Assembly (NCBI GenBank): GCA_051313645.2
Contig: JBNRSN020000007.1
Location: 98,766,001 to 98,830,000, forward strand
Length of the DNA: 64,000 bases
Direction of reading: 5' to 3'
Origin: Centroscyllium fabricii
Lineage: Eukaryota
The notes below the pieces were generated by a model that saw only the letters and a list, made by a program, of their open reading frames with translations, did not search any database and was not told where the DNA came from. Shown piece by piece: positions 34,477 through 48,137 of the stretch. Each line of letters opens with the position of its first letter. The first letter of the stretch is position 1. A program made the position numbers and the translations under genes.

Positions 34477-36004
34477 ACTCATTACATCATGAACTGTACA
34501 GCTGGGAGCAAGCAGCCCTATCAAAGGAAAAAACATCCAGTAAAGATTTTCAAAAGCAAATCATCTGTATAATGTAGGAAATTTTACATATAGTAAATAG
34601 TGAATTGATAAATTGTGATTCTAAAAATATCTCAGTCTGGTTATTTGACTACATGACTGATGATCAGTACAGCTTGTTCAAATCTGTGGACTATGGTTTA
34701 TGTGTCAGACTGCCACCTAGTGAAGACTCATATACATCAGGGTGTTTTAGTTTGCAGAATATTTTCCAGCAAGTGCCTCATAGCCCACAAGCATCAAAAG
34801 CTGGTAAGAAATACTACTTTTAAATGTGGTAGGATCGGATGCATGCTGCCATCTCCCTAGCTCAACACCAGGAGGCAGTATCCTCAAGGTTTTACCGGCA
34901 AAGTTCATGTTCAGTAATGAGGGGCCGGTTTCTGCTACTTGATGGAAAGTTTGTGCATTGAGACTTACCGCTGCCTCACCCAATCGACCTGCATTTCTCT
35001 CCCCCCGCCCTGCCACTGGCTGCTCCTTCCCTGCCTGTTACATACAAATGGTGGCAGAGTCCTGGTCCCCAGTGGATTTCCCTCCCATTCGAGTACTTTG
35101 TTACCACGCCCCATAGCTGCTGCCAGGAATGTGGGTTAAGCCCCTGGAAGTGGTGGTAACAGCCCTGAGGTTTCCCTGTGGAGGGGAAGGACATTGTAAT
35201 GGCCTTTTCTCCTTCCATCGTTGCTTTGTAGGCCTCAATATGCCCTTTTCAGTGCCTGGCTACCTCTTTTGGTGCTGCAGTGGCAGTGTTGTGATTTTGT
35301 AGCTAGGCAATGGGCAGGCACCGTCTTGGCGGTGGGCATCCAGGTGCAAGCTGGGATGTACATGCTGGATAAAATCCGACCTGAGTGGGGGTTGTGGCAG
35401 TGTCACAGGGGCGAGTGGAGGTCCTGTCCCATTGGAACACCACCGCTGGGAAGTGAATCGCAGTTGTAACATGCATTATTCTCCAATGCATGGATTCAGA
35501 TGGTACATGCCTAAATAAGAAGAACCTACTGATTCTTTTTCAGATGCTGATAATTTTTCATATCACAGAGTGTGTTGGAAGATGGCGCACCATTGGATCA
35601 GCTGATCCCCCCATGTTCTATGTGGATTGTGTTTAGGGAACAGCTACACATAAGTCAGATCCATTGACTAGAGCTTTGAATATATAAACACACTACTTTT
35701 TCTTTTAATTCACTTGCCCAGTGTTTTTTTTTCTTTACACTCCTCTCCTGACGGTATTGACTCTTGCTGAGGTACAATTCAACAGGTAACCCGCCAGACT
35801 CTTGCCCAAGTGGCAAATCATCATAGCCCTATTACTGACCTGCACATTTTAATATGTAAATATAGATTTAAAAAAAGGCCCGACATCAAACCTTGTGACT
35901 GTGGGCAAAGCATAGCATTTTGCTTGCCCATAAATGAAGAAGTCCCTGGACCAGGCTTGCTCAAGTTGACATCTTAAAGGCAGATGGTAATTTCTGTCAC
36001 CGAA

Positions 36005-37382
36005 TCATAGAATGATACAGCACATAAGGAGGGCATTCGGTCCATAGTGCCTGTGCTGGGTCTTTGAAAGAGCTGTCCAATTAATCCCACTCCCCTGCCC
36101 TTTCCCATAGCCCTGAAAAATGTTCTTCTTAAAGTACAGGATGAGCACCGTTAATCCGTTACCCGAAAAACTGGTAGCTTCAGATGTCCGGCAACGATTT
36201 CCCCGACTGCCCTGCGCATGTGCAAAATGGCCGCCGCGCATGGCTGCGCATGCCCGGGCCTCCCCAACTGGTCTGTGCATGCGCAACATGGCCGCCCTCC
36301 CCGAACGATTGATGCATCGGCGAATGATCTGCGCATGTGCCGCCGAACGGCGAGCGCATGCGCAGACCATTCAAAACTTCGTGCCGGCCATTTTGAATGA
36401 TCTGTGCATGCGCCGCCGAATGGCGAGCGCATGCGCAGGCCATTCAAAATTTTGCACCGGCCATTTTGAATGGTCTGCGCATGCGCCGCCGAAGCTTCAA
36501 TCATTCGGCGTTTTCAACAATTCGGCACGGTGCTGGTCCCGACCCTGCCGGATTAACGAACTTCAACCTGTATTTGAAGTAATTATTAAATCTGCTTCCA
36601 CCACCCTTTTCAGGCAGTGCATTACAGATCATAACAGTTCTCTGCGTAAAAAACATTCTCCTCATAGCGCCTCTTTTGTCAATGACCTTAAATCTGTGCC
36701 CTCTGGTTACTGACCTTTCTGCCATTGGAAACAGTTTCTCCTTATTTACTCTATTAAAACCCTTCATGATTTTGAACACAGCTATTCCATTTCGCCCTAC
36801 CTTCTCTGCTCGAAGGAGAACAACCCTAGCTTCTCCAGTCTCTCCACGTAACTGAAATCCCACATTCCTGGTATCATTCTAGCAAATCTCCTCTGCAATC
36901 TCTCCAAGACCTTGACATCCTTTCTAAAGTGCGGCGACCAGAATTGGACACAATACTCTAGCTGGGGCCAAACCAGTGTTTTATAAATGTTTAGCATAAC
37001 CTCCTTGCTTTTGTATTTTATATGCCTCTGTTTATGAAGCCAAGGATCCCATTTGCTTTTTTAACAGCCTTCTCAACTTGTCTTGCCACCTTCAAAGACT
37101 TGTGTACACACACCCACAGGTCTCTCTGTAGCTGCACCCCTTTAAAATTGTACCATTTAGTTTATATTACCTCTTCTCGTTCTTCCGACCGAAATGCATC
37201 ACTTCACATTTCTCTGCACTAAATTTCATCTACCGTGTGTCTGCCCATTTCACCAGTCTGTCTGCGTCCTCTAGAAGTCTGTTACTATCCTCCTTACTGT
37301 TTGTTACATTTCCGAGTTTCATGTCATCTTCAAACTTTGAAATTATGCCCTGTATACCCAAGTCCATGTCATTAATATATAT
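36005..37382 (-). mobile_element. CR1 LINE 3' fragment
   Basis: YKTLVWPQLEYCVQFWSPHFRKD motif; 3' tail near 36005. Confidence 0.85.
36137..36570. mobile_element. Tc1/mariner-type MITE, same family as 14816-28978
   Basis: caggatgagcaccgttaatc...gattaacgaacttcaacctg with TA TSD; repeated gcgcatgcgc motifs. Confidence 0.85.
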
Positions 37383-37879
37383 CAGGCTGACTTCTGGACG
37401 GGGAAGCTGTGGAGTTAAAGCTCACAGCATGCGGGAGGTTCCGGGTTTCCCGTGCTCTACCGCCCGCCCCAACCCCCACCCTCATCCCCGCTCCTGACGG
37501 GTCCAAACATAAAAATTCCGGCCGATGTTTCCACTTGTGGGGGAGTCTAACACTAGGGGCTAGAAATATAAGATAAAAACAAAAAATGCTGGAAATACTC
37601 AGCAGATCAGGCAGCATCTGTAGCGAGGGAAACAGAGTTAACATTTTAGGTTGATGACCTTGCATTTGATGGATTGGCAGAGTAGTCCTCTATTTTTCAA
37701 TTATTACCCTACATGCCTATACTTAGCTTCATTATTTTTCATTGCTGCTCACTTTGAAATCACATTGTACAAAGCAATGAAGATGGGTATTTATTTGGGG
37801 GTTCCAATTAAAATGAGGAACAGGAATTTGTGAGGGGTCAATAAATGCAGCTACAAAGACCCATGAGGCATTTTAGCCA

Positions 37880-38250
37880 CACATGTCACTATCCCAGGAC
37901 CTGCGTTTATAAATCCCTCCATGCATACCTGGACATATCAGAGGAGACCGATGTTTGCCACCTCTGCTTCCCAAGACATCATGCCACAGAATTGTGCCAA
38001 CTAATGCACAATGACCTACAAGCAACATTTGTTTCAGGAACGGTGTTCCCTATAGATGTGAAGGCTACTATTGCATAAAGCTTTTATGCTACGGGATCGA
38101 TCCAAGCCATCCAGGAGACATCGGCTGCATCTGGCAGTCTGCAGTGCACACATTTCTCAGGGAAGTGACAACAATTTTCCTGTTAAAAGGAAATATTACC
38201 TGGAGAGGATGCACATGTTATACTTGGTGACAGGCTTTCCCTGAGTGCAA
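37880..38250 (+). pseudogene. Degenerate PIF/Harbinger (HARBI1-like) transposase N-terminal fragment
   Basis: Translates as YLDISEE...ELCQLMHNDLQ...PIDVKATIA*SFYATGSIQ...GDIGCIWQSAVH..LREVT, resembling the Harbinger HTH region. Confidence 0.65.
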
Positions 38251-38347
38251 ATGTTGTAGACCCATGTGAATGAAAGAACTAGCATTTATATAGCACTTTA
38301 CAGATCTTCATGAAGCCCCAAATAAATATTTTTGAAGTGTAACCACT

Positions 38348-38958
38348 GGGCTTGTACTTGCTGGAGTTTAGAAAAATGAGAGGGGATCTCATTGAAACGT
38401 ATAAAATTCTAACAGGACTGGACAGACTGGATGCAGGAAGGATGTTCCCGATGGCGGGGGAGTCCAGAACCAGGGGTCACAGTCTAAGGATAAGGGCCAT
38501 GATGTGGAGATGCCGGTGTTGGACTGGGGTGGACAAATGCAAGAAGTCACACAACACCAGGTTACAGTCCAACAGTTTTATTTGAAATGATAAGCTTTCG
38601 GAGCGCTGCTCCGAAAGCTTGTGATTTCAAGTAAAACTGTTGGACTGTAACCTGGTGTTGTGTGACTTCTTGCATTTAAGGATAAGGGGTAAGCCATTTA
38701 GAACAGAGATGAGGAGGAATTTCTTCACCTAGAGAGTGGTGAAGCTGTGGAATTCTCTACCACAGAAGGCAGTAGAGGCCAATTCATTAAATATATTCAA
38801 GAAAGAGTTGGATATATTTCTTAAGGCTAAAGGGATATGGGGAGAAAGCAGGGACAGGGTGCTGAAATTGAATGATCAGCCATGATCGCATTGAATGGCG
38901 GAGCAGGCTCGAGGGGCCGAATGGCCTACTCCCGCTCCTATCTTCTATGTTTCTATGT
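38348..38958 (+). mobile_element. CR1 LINE 3' fragment
   Basis: LEFRKMRGDLIETYKIL...SRTRGHSLRI; CR1 3' UTR with ttctatgt tail. Confidence 0.88.
38497..38676. mobile_element. 180-bp palindromic Penelope-like insertion
   Basis: About 70-bp inverted arms around ggagcgctgctcc; 12-bp TSD taaggataaggg (38485-38496 / 38677-38688); related copy at 45500-45660. Confidence 0.75.
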
Positions 38959-40613
38959 TGTTATATTGGCAAATAGAGCAGCCTACTTCCGCAAATGCAA
39001 ATAAGACATATGACCATATTTGAGGGACATTGGTGTTGGTTGAGAAATGAATGTTGACCAGGACATTGGAAGAACTGTCAAATCCAGTGTTGTCGGAAAT
39101 TTTGATCACCACTTTGATGTTCGAACTGAGAGAACCGGAGGTCCTTAACAGGCCAAAAGAGATGACAAAAATATTTAATGTAATGCCAGATTTTGAAGGT
39201 AATCGATCCCCTCTGGGATCAATTACCTTTGATCACTGCAATGTCTGGGACCTTGAGAAGGCCTTGTATCGAATCCACACTTGCTCTCAGTAAGTATGGC
39301 TTCTGCTGGGCCAAAGGAATCCATAATGAGTGGACTTCCCAGGGTAGTCCAGGCATGTCAGCAGACATACCTCTAAACTGGCAGATGAGCAGAAGATTCA
39401 TCTGCCCTCCCCATACCTCAATCTAGCCAGAGCATAAATCAGAGGGATGCTGGGGTGGTGGGGGGAGTGGGGAGGAGGATGGTGGTCAGGGAGTCCGATC
39501 ATGGGCGGGGAGCAGATGGTGGTGGAGGTGGGGACCGATCATTGAGGGTGGGAGCAGACAGATTGCGGGGTGGGATGAGGGTGGGTACAGAGGTAGGCTT
39601 GTTGTGCCTGGAGGAAACATCCTGCTCCCACAAGCCCTGCAGTAAAAGCACTTACCTTATGGATTCAGCCCTTTCGCCTCCTTTTACCTGCCGGGTTTCC
39701 CGAGGCCAGGGATACCTGGCTGACTGTGGTTAAAATGAAGGCACGCAGCCTCATTAAAATAATTAAATGACCAACCCGCCTCCTGCGAGCGGATTGGTCA
39801 CCTGCCTCTCGTCCTCCGTTAAAACTGGAAGTGGGCAGGTTCAAGGCAGGTTGGGTTTCTGTTGCAGATCTTTAGTTTTTTAACCTCCCACTTGAAACAA
39901 ACCCCACCCGCTTTTGGGGATTAAAATTACCCCCAATATGGTCAAATAAAATTAGATAATAAAATAAAGCATGGAATTTAGACATTTACCAAATGGCTGC
40001 CTCTCCCTCCCTCCCGGATTGGCAACTGTAAGTGCCAAAAGCTCCCTTTCCCTTCACTGGAAAATTCCTGGATAATTTTTCAGTTGACCTGCTAACATGT
40101 AACAGTTCACACCATCTAACTTTATCCATATTGTTGTCATATATCAAAGTAATGATTGACATCACTTTCCATTGCTTGTTGTAACTCACTTCCTCTCACA
40201 GCATTTTCTCACTCGCACGGAAGCTGTGCTTTGCCTTCACTTCTCATGAATTCTTTTACAGACATAATTTAAGCCAGACAGCTGAGTGGAATCCGCCAAT
40301 TTCTTTCTGTGCCAAATGATACGTCAGTCTGGCCGGAGACGAAGAAAGAGACTGGAGAATATCCAGATAGTTACATCCTGACAGTATTGTTATTTGGACT
40401 AACCTGGATGATTTGGAATTAAATTGCATTCCTAGCCAAGTGAGAGCAGTGCATATTGTTGCCAATTAATCGGACATTAAATCTAAAAAAAATGTGCATT
40501 TTTTAAATTGTATTTATAATACAATAACAAAACTCTGATGTCAAAGTGTCGCTATATGGGGTTTGAAAACTGGTAACACATGTCTACATCTGTAGGAGAA
40601 GACTGTAAAAATG

Positions 40614-41202
40614 GAGTACTCACGTGTGGGGCCATCGGAAGTGCCGGTTTCTGGCATGCACCGCACATGCGCGCAAAACCGGCAATTCCGATCGCCTGAA
40701 AGAAGGGGCCAGGGGTCGGTACGCATTCATGTGCACGGCAGCGGCTGCGCAATGCACTTCCGATTTTTTAACAGGTTTTTATCAGTGTAAGAATTTGAAA
40801 AAGTTACGGCTGATATTTTCATGCGCAAAGAGTGGATTTCAGCAGGTAAGTCTTTATTTAATTCAATTTAAACATTTTTTTCCACAAGTTTTTCATTTTT
40901 AAATACTTTGAAGAAAGGTAAGTTGATTTTTAGCCCCGTTAAATACTTTAAATATATTTTTATTAATTTTAATTTTTGTTTAAAATAGCTAATTTGTGTC
41001 ATTGATAGTTATTTAAAAAAATGTGATTTATTTTTTAATTTATTTTAAGATTTAGTGATGTTTTGGGGTTGTAGTATTCATAAGTTTGACAGGTCTTCCA
41101 TTGGAATTCCATGCGGGTGGAATAGAGAACAGCAGGCGCGATCCGTAAGTGTGGGTTGGAGGCTTGCACTCGCGGGAAGCCTCCAACCCGAATTTCTGGC
41201 CC
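40614..41202. mobile_element. MITE fragment, inverted homolog of 46264-46976
   Basis: The end aagcctccaacccgaatttctggccc is the reverse complement of the start of the 46264 copy; internal AT-rich core also matches. Confidence 0.7.
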
Positions 41203-41375
41203 ATTAGCTTAAAATTCAATGGTCCCATACTCCCAACTGGGAGCTGCACTGAAAGGAAGCATGGGTCGGAGGTAGGGCTCCTACACTCTAGTTTCTATTT
41301 GCCAACCCAAGAGCTCTTTGAGTTTGGTTCCCTGTTGGAATCATGGGATTACTAAATTTACCCGATTGACACTAC

Positions 41376-42203
41376 GGGCTGGATTTTGCCGGTGCTCAGA
41401 GTACGGGTTTGGAGGTGGGTCCGCTGTCAAATTAGCAAAGATTGACAGTGGGTAGGAAACCCGCTGTCAACCCACCTCCAAACAATTTTTCCAAGTGTTG
41501 GGTCCCCGATTTGCGAATGGACCTGACACCTGCCTATTAATTGTTAGTTGCCAGTAGTTGATGGGCTATTTTTGAATTTTGCCGCTTCTGGCTCGGGCTT
41601 CCAGACATCTGACACCATGCCAGGTAAGTGTGGCGTGTTGTGAGTCTGTTGTCATGTTTCTGGATTGATGACAGCTGCAGAAGTGGTGTGAAGGATCCAA
41701 TGTCGCACTGGCGAGTCTCAGAGGAAAGAAAATGTTGGGAACTGCATTTTGAAAACATTTACACTTTTCTTCAGGTTACAAGTTTTTAAATCCATGTCCA
41801 GTGCCATCTTATTGGGAGAACCTCTCACCAGTAACAGATCGCTCCTGTCACCTCACCTGCAGCTGCCATCTATTCCAGCCTATGGAGGGAGTCATTGGAG
41901 AGTCTGGGTGCAAGAGGTCACCTTTTTCCAGTGACCGTCAGTGTTTTCAGCACCTCAATGCTGTTCAACACTGAGAAATCAACTGTCAAAAAAATTGTGC
42001 ATGGTCCCTTTAAGGAAACTGATAGATGACATGTCATCAAATGATGTCGTCTGACCCGCTTCCTTTTAATTGGCCAACAAGCTTGCCGGGCAGGCTTAAC
42101 AAGGTCAATCGAGGTAAAATCATGTCTGTGGGCCGGATAAAGTTGGGGGCGGGACTGGAAGCCGGAAACCACCTGATCCGCATTCATTGATAAAATCGCG
42201 GCC
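41376..42203. mobile_element. Harbinger-type MITE
   Basis: Imperfect TIR gggctggatttt / aaaatcgcggcc; 3-bp direct repeat tac on both sides. Confidence 0.55.
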
Positions 42204-42649
42204 TACATGTTAGCTAATAGTGGTTTTACAACTAAAATGCTTTTGGCTAAATAAATAAGTAAGTAAATTTTATTGTCACATAAATGAACACATTCAATTA
42301 GTGAAATGCCTACTGCTATTCCACGTGCTAGATAACAATTAACAACAAAAAAACCACTAGAAACATAGCACGCCCAGAACCCGCAAGACGTCAAGCCATT
42401 CTCCGGCGCCATCGTTGAGGGTCCGCTAGTGCTCCGGCTCCAGAGCTCGATGTTATTAACTAACAACCATAACGATAACTGTAACGATAACTGCTGATTT
42501 GAGGTCCTCAATGATTACGGGAGTGAAAAAAACTAGAGGCCTGATGTCCGACCGTCGGTCCGAGGACAGACCCCAATGAAACGCCGGATCACCACAGGAG
42601 TGAAGTCACTGAGACCCGACCCGCGGCCCGGCGAACTTTGAGCTCCCAC

Positions 42650-43150
42650 CCACGGGAGTGGAGAGGCCCGACCACGGCCCTGCGAACTTCGAGCTCCCGC
42701 CCACGGGAGTGGAGAGGCCCGGCCATGGCCTGACGAAACTCCAAGCAGCGCCCACGGGAGTAGAGAGGCCCGACCATGGCCCGACGAAACTCCAAGCTCC
42801 GCCCATGGGAGTGGAGAGGCCCGACCATGGCCCGACGAAACTCCAAGCTCCGCCCACGGGAGTGGAGAGGCCCGACCATGGCCCGACGAAGTTCGAGCTC
42901 CCGCCCACGGGAGTGGAGAGGCCCGACCATGGCCCAACAAAACTCCAAGCTCCACCCACGGGAGTGGAGAGGCCCGACCATGGCCCGACGAAACTCCAAG
43001 CTCCGCCCACGGGAGTGGAGAGGCCCGACCATGGCCCGACGAACTTCGAGCTCCCGCCCACGGGAGTGGAGAGGCCCGACCACGGCCCTGCGAACTTCAA
43101 GCACCCGCCCACGGGAGTGGAGAGGCCTGACCACGGCCCGATGAAACTCG
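42650..43150. repeat. 51-bp minisatellite, about 10 units
   Basis: Unit ccacgggagtggagaggcccgaccatggcccgacgaaactccaagctccgc; appears as 17-aa repeats in several frames. Confidence 0.92.
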
Positions 43151-43803
43151 AGCTTCCAACGGTAGGACCAACGACATTTTCTCATTCACTCCTGAAAACA
43201 TTGAGGACTAAAAAAAATTCAAAATTCAAATCTAAATTTAAATTCAAAACATTGGCCAAACTCTCAGATGACTTTCCCAAGGGCCAATGTTTTAAATCTA
43301 ACCTCAAAAATGATGTATAACATTATTTCAAATCAATTCTTGAACAGCACGCCATCGCAACTACCGCTCCAGCCGGAGCACAGCGCCCCCCCCCCCCATG
43401 GTTGCAAGGTGATTGACCGAAGAGTATCACCAATATTAATTTGAGCGAAGTCGTGCTTAATTGAGAATACTGTACTTTGCTTATGTCATAATGATGCCAA
43501 GATGGTGAACATTACCAAAGGTAAGTCAAAAGGGCAAAAATTCTTAGTTGCAAAGTAATCCTTCTATTCCATTATTTACTGTTATGCTTCATTTAATTCC
43601 TGCGAATGTTTCCCTGCTGTTTCTCATTCCACTTTGATTATTGCTTAGACTTGAATATTTCAATGTTCTCATATCCCCCTCTGAGGGCTCGAATTTCCCA
43701 GGGCCATGGAGGCGGCAATGGAGATGTGTGGGGTGTTAAAATTGCAGAATTGGGGGGCACGAATCCTTCCCACCCACAACCCACCTCCATGCCCGTTTCC
43801 CAG

Positions 43804-44190
43804 GAGGCGGGTATCCGACCTGTGCTGGGAGCCGCCTCCCCGAGGCGGGTATCCGACCTGTGCTGGGAGCCGCCTCCCCGAGGCGGGTATCCGACCTGTG
43901 CTGGGAGCCGCCTCCCCGAGGCGGGTATCCGACCTGTGCTGGGAGCCGCCTCCCCGAGGCGGGTATCTGACCCGTGCTGGGAGCCGCCTCCCCGAGGCGG
44001 GTATCCGACCTGTGCTGGGAGCCGCCTCCCCGAGGCGGGTATCCGACCTGTGCTGGGAGCCGCCTCCCCGAGGCGGGTATTCGACCTGTGCTGGGAGCCG
44101 CCTCCCCGAGGCGGGTATCCGACCCGTGCTGGGAGCCGCCTCCCCGAGGCGGGTATCCGACCTGTGCTGGGAGCCGCCTCCCCGAGGTGG
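43804..44190. repeat. 38-bp minisatellite, about 10 near-identical units, within a probable MITE (about 43685-44859)
   Basis: Unit gaggcgggtatccgacctgtgctgggagccgcctcccc. Confidence 0.92.
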
Positions 44191-45319
44191 GTAGGGGATT
44201 AGTTCCAATTAACCGCCTGTTAACAGGCAGTTTTTGGCCTAATCCATATTTTTAGCCCTTAAGTGTGGGCTTCGCGACGGCTCCAAACTACGCCAAGTTA
44301 GTGAGGCGGACCGTCAGGCTGAAGGGCTTGGAGGGTTCGAAATGTCCGGTGTTCAGGTGAGTGATGGGTGCATGAGTGCAGAGGTAAGTGTGTTTCGTGT
44401 GTGTAAAGTGTTTAAATAAGTTTTACTTACCTTTACTTACTAATGCAGGCTTCCTTCCTTCAGGTCTCGGGAGTCCCTCATCTCACCGGCACAGAAAGTA
44501 GAATGGCCGCGAGCTGTCAAAAGTTGGAGCATTCAGCTTTCTGTTCTGGAGAGATTTCTAACTGAGTCTGTGGAGAAGGACTCATGTTAGAAGTCAGGTT
44601 GTCAGTGTTTGACAGCTTCACAGAGCTGTCAAACGCTGATATTTCATCTGTCAAAAGCTCTTGACAGATGAAATGTCAATCCCTGACGTCACCTGTAACT
44701 GGGTGTCCCTTAATTGGCCTGCTGAGCCCGCTGGGTGGGCGCAACAAGGTCAATCAAGGGAAAATCACATGGGTTGGCCACAAATCGATGGAGGCGTGAC
44801 TCCAGCCAAAAAAGTAGGAGTCCCGCCTCCCTCATGTCCCCATTGACAAAATCCAGCCCTTGAATGACTCTCCGAATTCGGCAAAGTTCTCTGCACCCTC
44901 TGGCTCATACCCCAGGCCTGTATCCACCTCTGAGTGTCTCCCCAAATTTGACTCAAATCTTCTATGCTTAACCCCTGCTGAGGTTCCCTTCTTATACTGT
45001 CAATTCAAACCTATGGAGCTTCCCTGGGCCTATCACTGGCTGACACTCAACCTTCCTTTCTTTCTCCATAAGGTCTCTCGTGTCACGTGATCTTACCCAG
45101 TCCTTCCTTTTTTGTATTTTTCCACAGCAGTTAAAGTATTTCAAGAACCTTGGTTCTACACTTAGGCATCTTCCCTATCTGTCTGGTTTCTATGTCGTTA
45201 TCAGTCTAGTTGCTGTGCTTCAGCAGATCCCAGCCTTTTCCAAGGTCCTGCTGCAATGCTCTTTCAATGTACCATTGTTCATTCTGTCAGTCTCCTGAAA
45301 TCTAACAAAAAACTCCAGT

Positions 45320-45481
45320 ATCTGCACACCTGAAATGTACTTTATTGTATGCAATTGTATGTAACTTATTTGCACTACTCTCGGGAGTGGCGAGTCTTCG
45401 TTTCATTGTATTGTACTAGTACACTGCAATGACAATAAAATTGAATTGAATTAAATTAATTGAATTGTATTGAATTGAATT
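45320..45481 (+). mobile_element. Rex1/Babar-like LINE 3' end
   Basis: Reverse-homologous to 54928-55075; tgacaataaa followed by an (attga)n tail. Confidence 0.75.
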
Positions 45482-45499
45482 CAGTTATATTTATATTCG

Positions 45500-45660
45500 C
45501 CATGATGTGGAGTTGCTGGTGTTGGACTGGGGTGGACAAATGTAAGAAGTCACACAACACCAGGTTAGAGTCCAACAGTTTTATTTTAAATCACAAGCTT
45601 TCGGAGCGCTGCTCCTTCACCTGACGAAGGAGCAGCACTCCGAAAGCTTGTGATTTCAAA
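45500..45660. repeat. Penelope-like inverted pLTR fragment with hammerhead core motifs
   Basis: Homologous to 38497-38676; CTGACGA (45621), ggag-cagca-ctcc stem, GAAA (45642). Confidence 0.6.
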
Positions 45661-46263
45661 CAGACAATACGGCAACTGTACAGTATGTCAATCAGCATCT
45701 GCATAAAGGATAAGTTAATGCCTCGAGTTGCACTGAATAAGATAGTTTTAGTGGTATTTCTGTTACTTTTCCACTGGCAGTGCTAAATGATTACTGTTAG
45801 TGAACTAAAGCCAACAGTTATTGACGTGTCGATCACATTGAACAGGGAGAAATGTCTAAGGGGATTACTTTTTGTTCAAAGTTACATAACAGTGATTCCT
45901 TTTACCTTGACGGAGACCTGCTGTTATAATGTTGCTTTTATTTTTAGAACTGTTTTTCTTTCCATGGTTTCACAGTCAGCTTTTGCTGGTTTTCTAGTCT
46001 GGCATGTCTGTAATAAGGTTAGCTATTGTGGTTTTATAATATCCACAGTACTGCTGCCCACCTTGTGGCAAAACAAGCAACAAGTGCTGTAATCTAAATC
46101 ACTTTAGGGATGAAGATTGACGAGAATGTTGTCACCGAGGAGAAAAATGACTTTGTAGGAACCATCCATTTCTTTCACTGCAGGTAAGGAATCGGAGGTA
46201 AAGCCTGACTTTAGTAGACGACGAAGGAAAATTAAGTCTGATATTGGGACTTAAGGAAATTTT

Positions 46264-46976
46264 GGCCCAGAAATTAGGTTGGAGGCTTCCCGCGACTACA
46301 AGCCTCCAACCCACGCTTACGGACCGCGCCGGCCGTTGATCATTGCACTCGCATGGCATTCCGATGTTGGGACCTCTGAAGTGGCGGTGCACTGTGCTGC
46401 TGGATTCGAGCGGCGAAGATAGTGCGAGATAGCGCGCGGGATCACGTGGGCTGCGGAGAGCCAATCGGAGCACAGAATGCTCCATTCATAAGTTTGACAG
46501 GAAGACCTTCACTAAATCTTAAAATAAATTTTTAAAAAATCAAATTTTTTAAAATAACTATCAATTACACAAATTAGCTATTTTAAACTAAAATTAAAAA
46601 ATTTGAAAAAAATAATTAAAGTATTTGATGGGGCTAAAAATCAACTTACCTTTCTTTAAAGTATTTAAAAATGAAAAACTTGTGGAAAAAAATTCTCAAA
46701 TTGAATTAAATCACTACTTACCTGCAGAAAACCACTTGCGCTTGAAAATAGGAGACGTCAATTTTTCCAATACTTAGCCGGATAAAAAGCTGTAAAAAAA
46801 TTGGAATTCCATTGCGCACCCGCTCCCGCGTTCTGACCCCTGATCCCTTCTTTCAGAGGATCGGAAGTGCAGGTTTCGCGAGCATGCGTGGTGCATGCCA
46901 GAAACCGACAATTTCGATGGGCCCACGTGTGAGTACCCAGCGCGTACTCACGCGTTGGGACCCTAATTTCTGACCC
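46264..46976. mobile_element. MITE (Harbinger/ISL2EU-like termini)
   Basis: TIR ggcccagaaattagg / cctaatttctgaccc. Confidence 0.7.
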
Positions 46977-47441
46977 ATTATGGCATGTTTAATGAGCTCA
47001 AAAATCAAGAAACATTTTCAACTTGAAAGAAGCAGCTAACTGCTTTCACCAGGAAAAAGCTTCAGGTCAAAGTTAAATGTTTGTTTATTGTCCAGTACAC
47101 AACAGGCGATCTGTTATGGGACAGAAAGTATGTGAGCAATTAAATCCATCAAAATCATTACATGTTTAAGTGAGTCAGGTGTATTGATTATCCGGATGTT
47201 AAAAGTTAAAAGAAAACACATCACAGCAAGGCTGATAATGAAGTTGAGCCTGTGGTTTACTTGCAGTAATCTGTGATAAAATGAAAGCACTTATACTGCA
47301 TAGAAAAACTACAAAATAATGCCATAAACTGAAGACTGGGCCAATGCGGTAATAATGATATTGGAAAGTCAGATGAAACTTTACATATTGCCTTCACAAG
47401 AGAAATTCGATAGCATCGATAAGTGGGAAAATTACCAGCTA

Positions 47442-47981
47442 CAGGAAACTCTGGTTTAAACGGCAACTAAATATCCGGAATTCTCTATTAACTGGCAAAA
47501 TTCTCACTCCGAAAACAACACTTGAATAACTGGCAATGTTGCCAAGTCCGAGTCTCCCGCGGTGGCCAAGTTAGTCAGTGTGTGTAGTTTTCCAAACTGC
47601 CACTACTTGGCTTTTTGGCGCTGTCGGAAGTCGGAACACCTCAATACCCGTGTAATAGGAGTCTGACTCTCCCGCGCTGCCAATAGTCTCTTCTGATCCG
47701 CTATTTTACAGGGGTACCGTGTGTCTCCCACGCTGCTGGTAGTCATTGCATTGCATTACCCTCAACTGGCAGTACTGTACTTAATCAAACATATTCCACC
47801 ATCCATTTAACACAACATTCTGTAGGTGAGTACCCAATTACTGTATACTGTACATTTCTTGATTTTTAAATTTTTCTTTGTGAAAAATAGCCTCGGTAGA
47901 TAACCCCCTCTTTCATCCGGAATTTTTGATCAACCAGCAACACGCCGGTCCCGTCGGTGCCGAATACCAAAGAGTTTCCTG
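47442..47981. mobile_element. Tc1/mariner (pogo/Tigger-like) MITE
   Basis: TIR caggaaactct / agagtttcctg, TA on both sides. Confidence 0.75.
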
Positions 47982-48137
47982 TAGTTACTGTTGATAATGT
48001 AGTTTCCAGTGGAGAGGGGCAACTGACAGAATCTCCACAAACCTGTAGTTTATTGGTGAAGAAAGTAAAATTGACTCCTTTCACTGTTACTTGTTTTTTT
48101 AAGTGGTTTGTCTGTGCAATGTTACACTGCAGAGGAA

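Noticed and set aside
42533-43320. Several 120-220 aa ORFs with 17-aa repeats
   Set aside because: Open in most frames on both strands simply because the 51-bp unit lacks stops.
43804-44190. CRISPR-like array of 38-bp palindromic repeats
   Set aside because: Units are head-to-tail with no unique spacers, no cas genes are present, and the context is eukaryotic.
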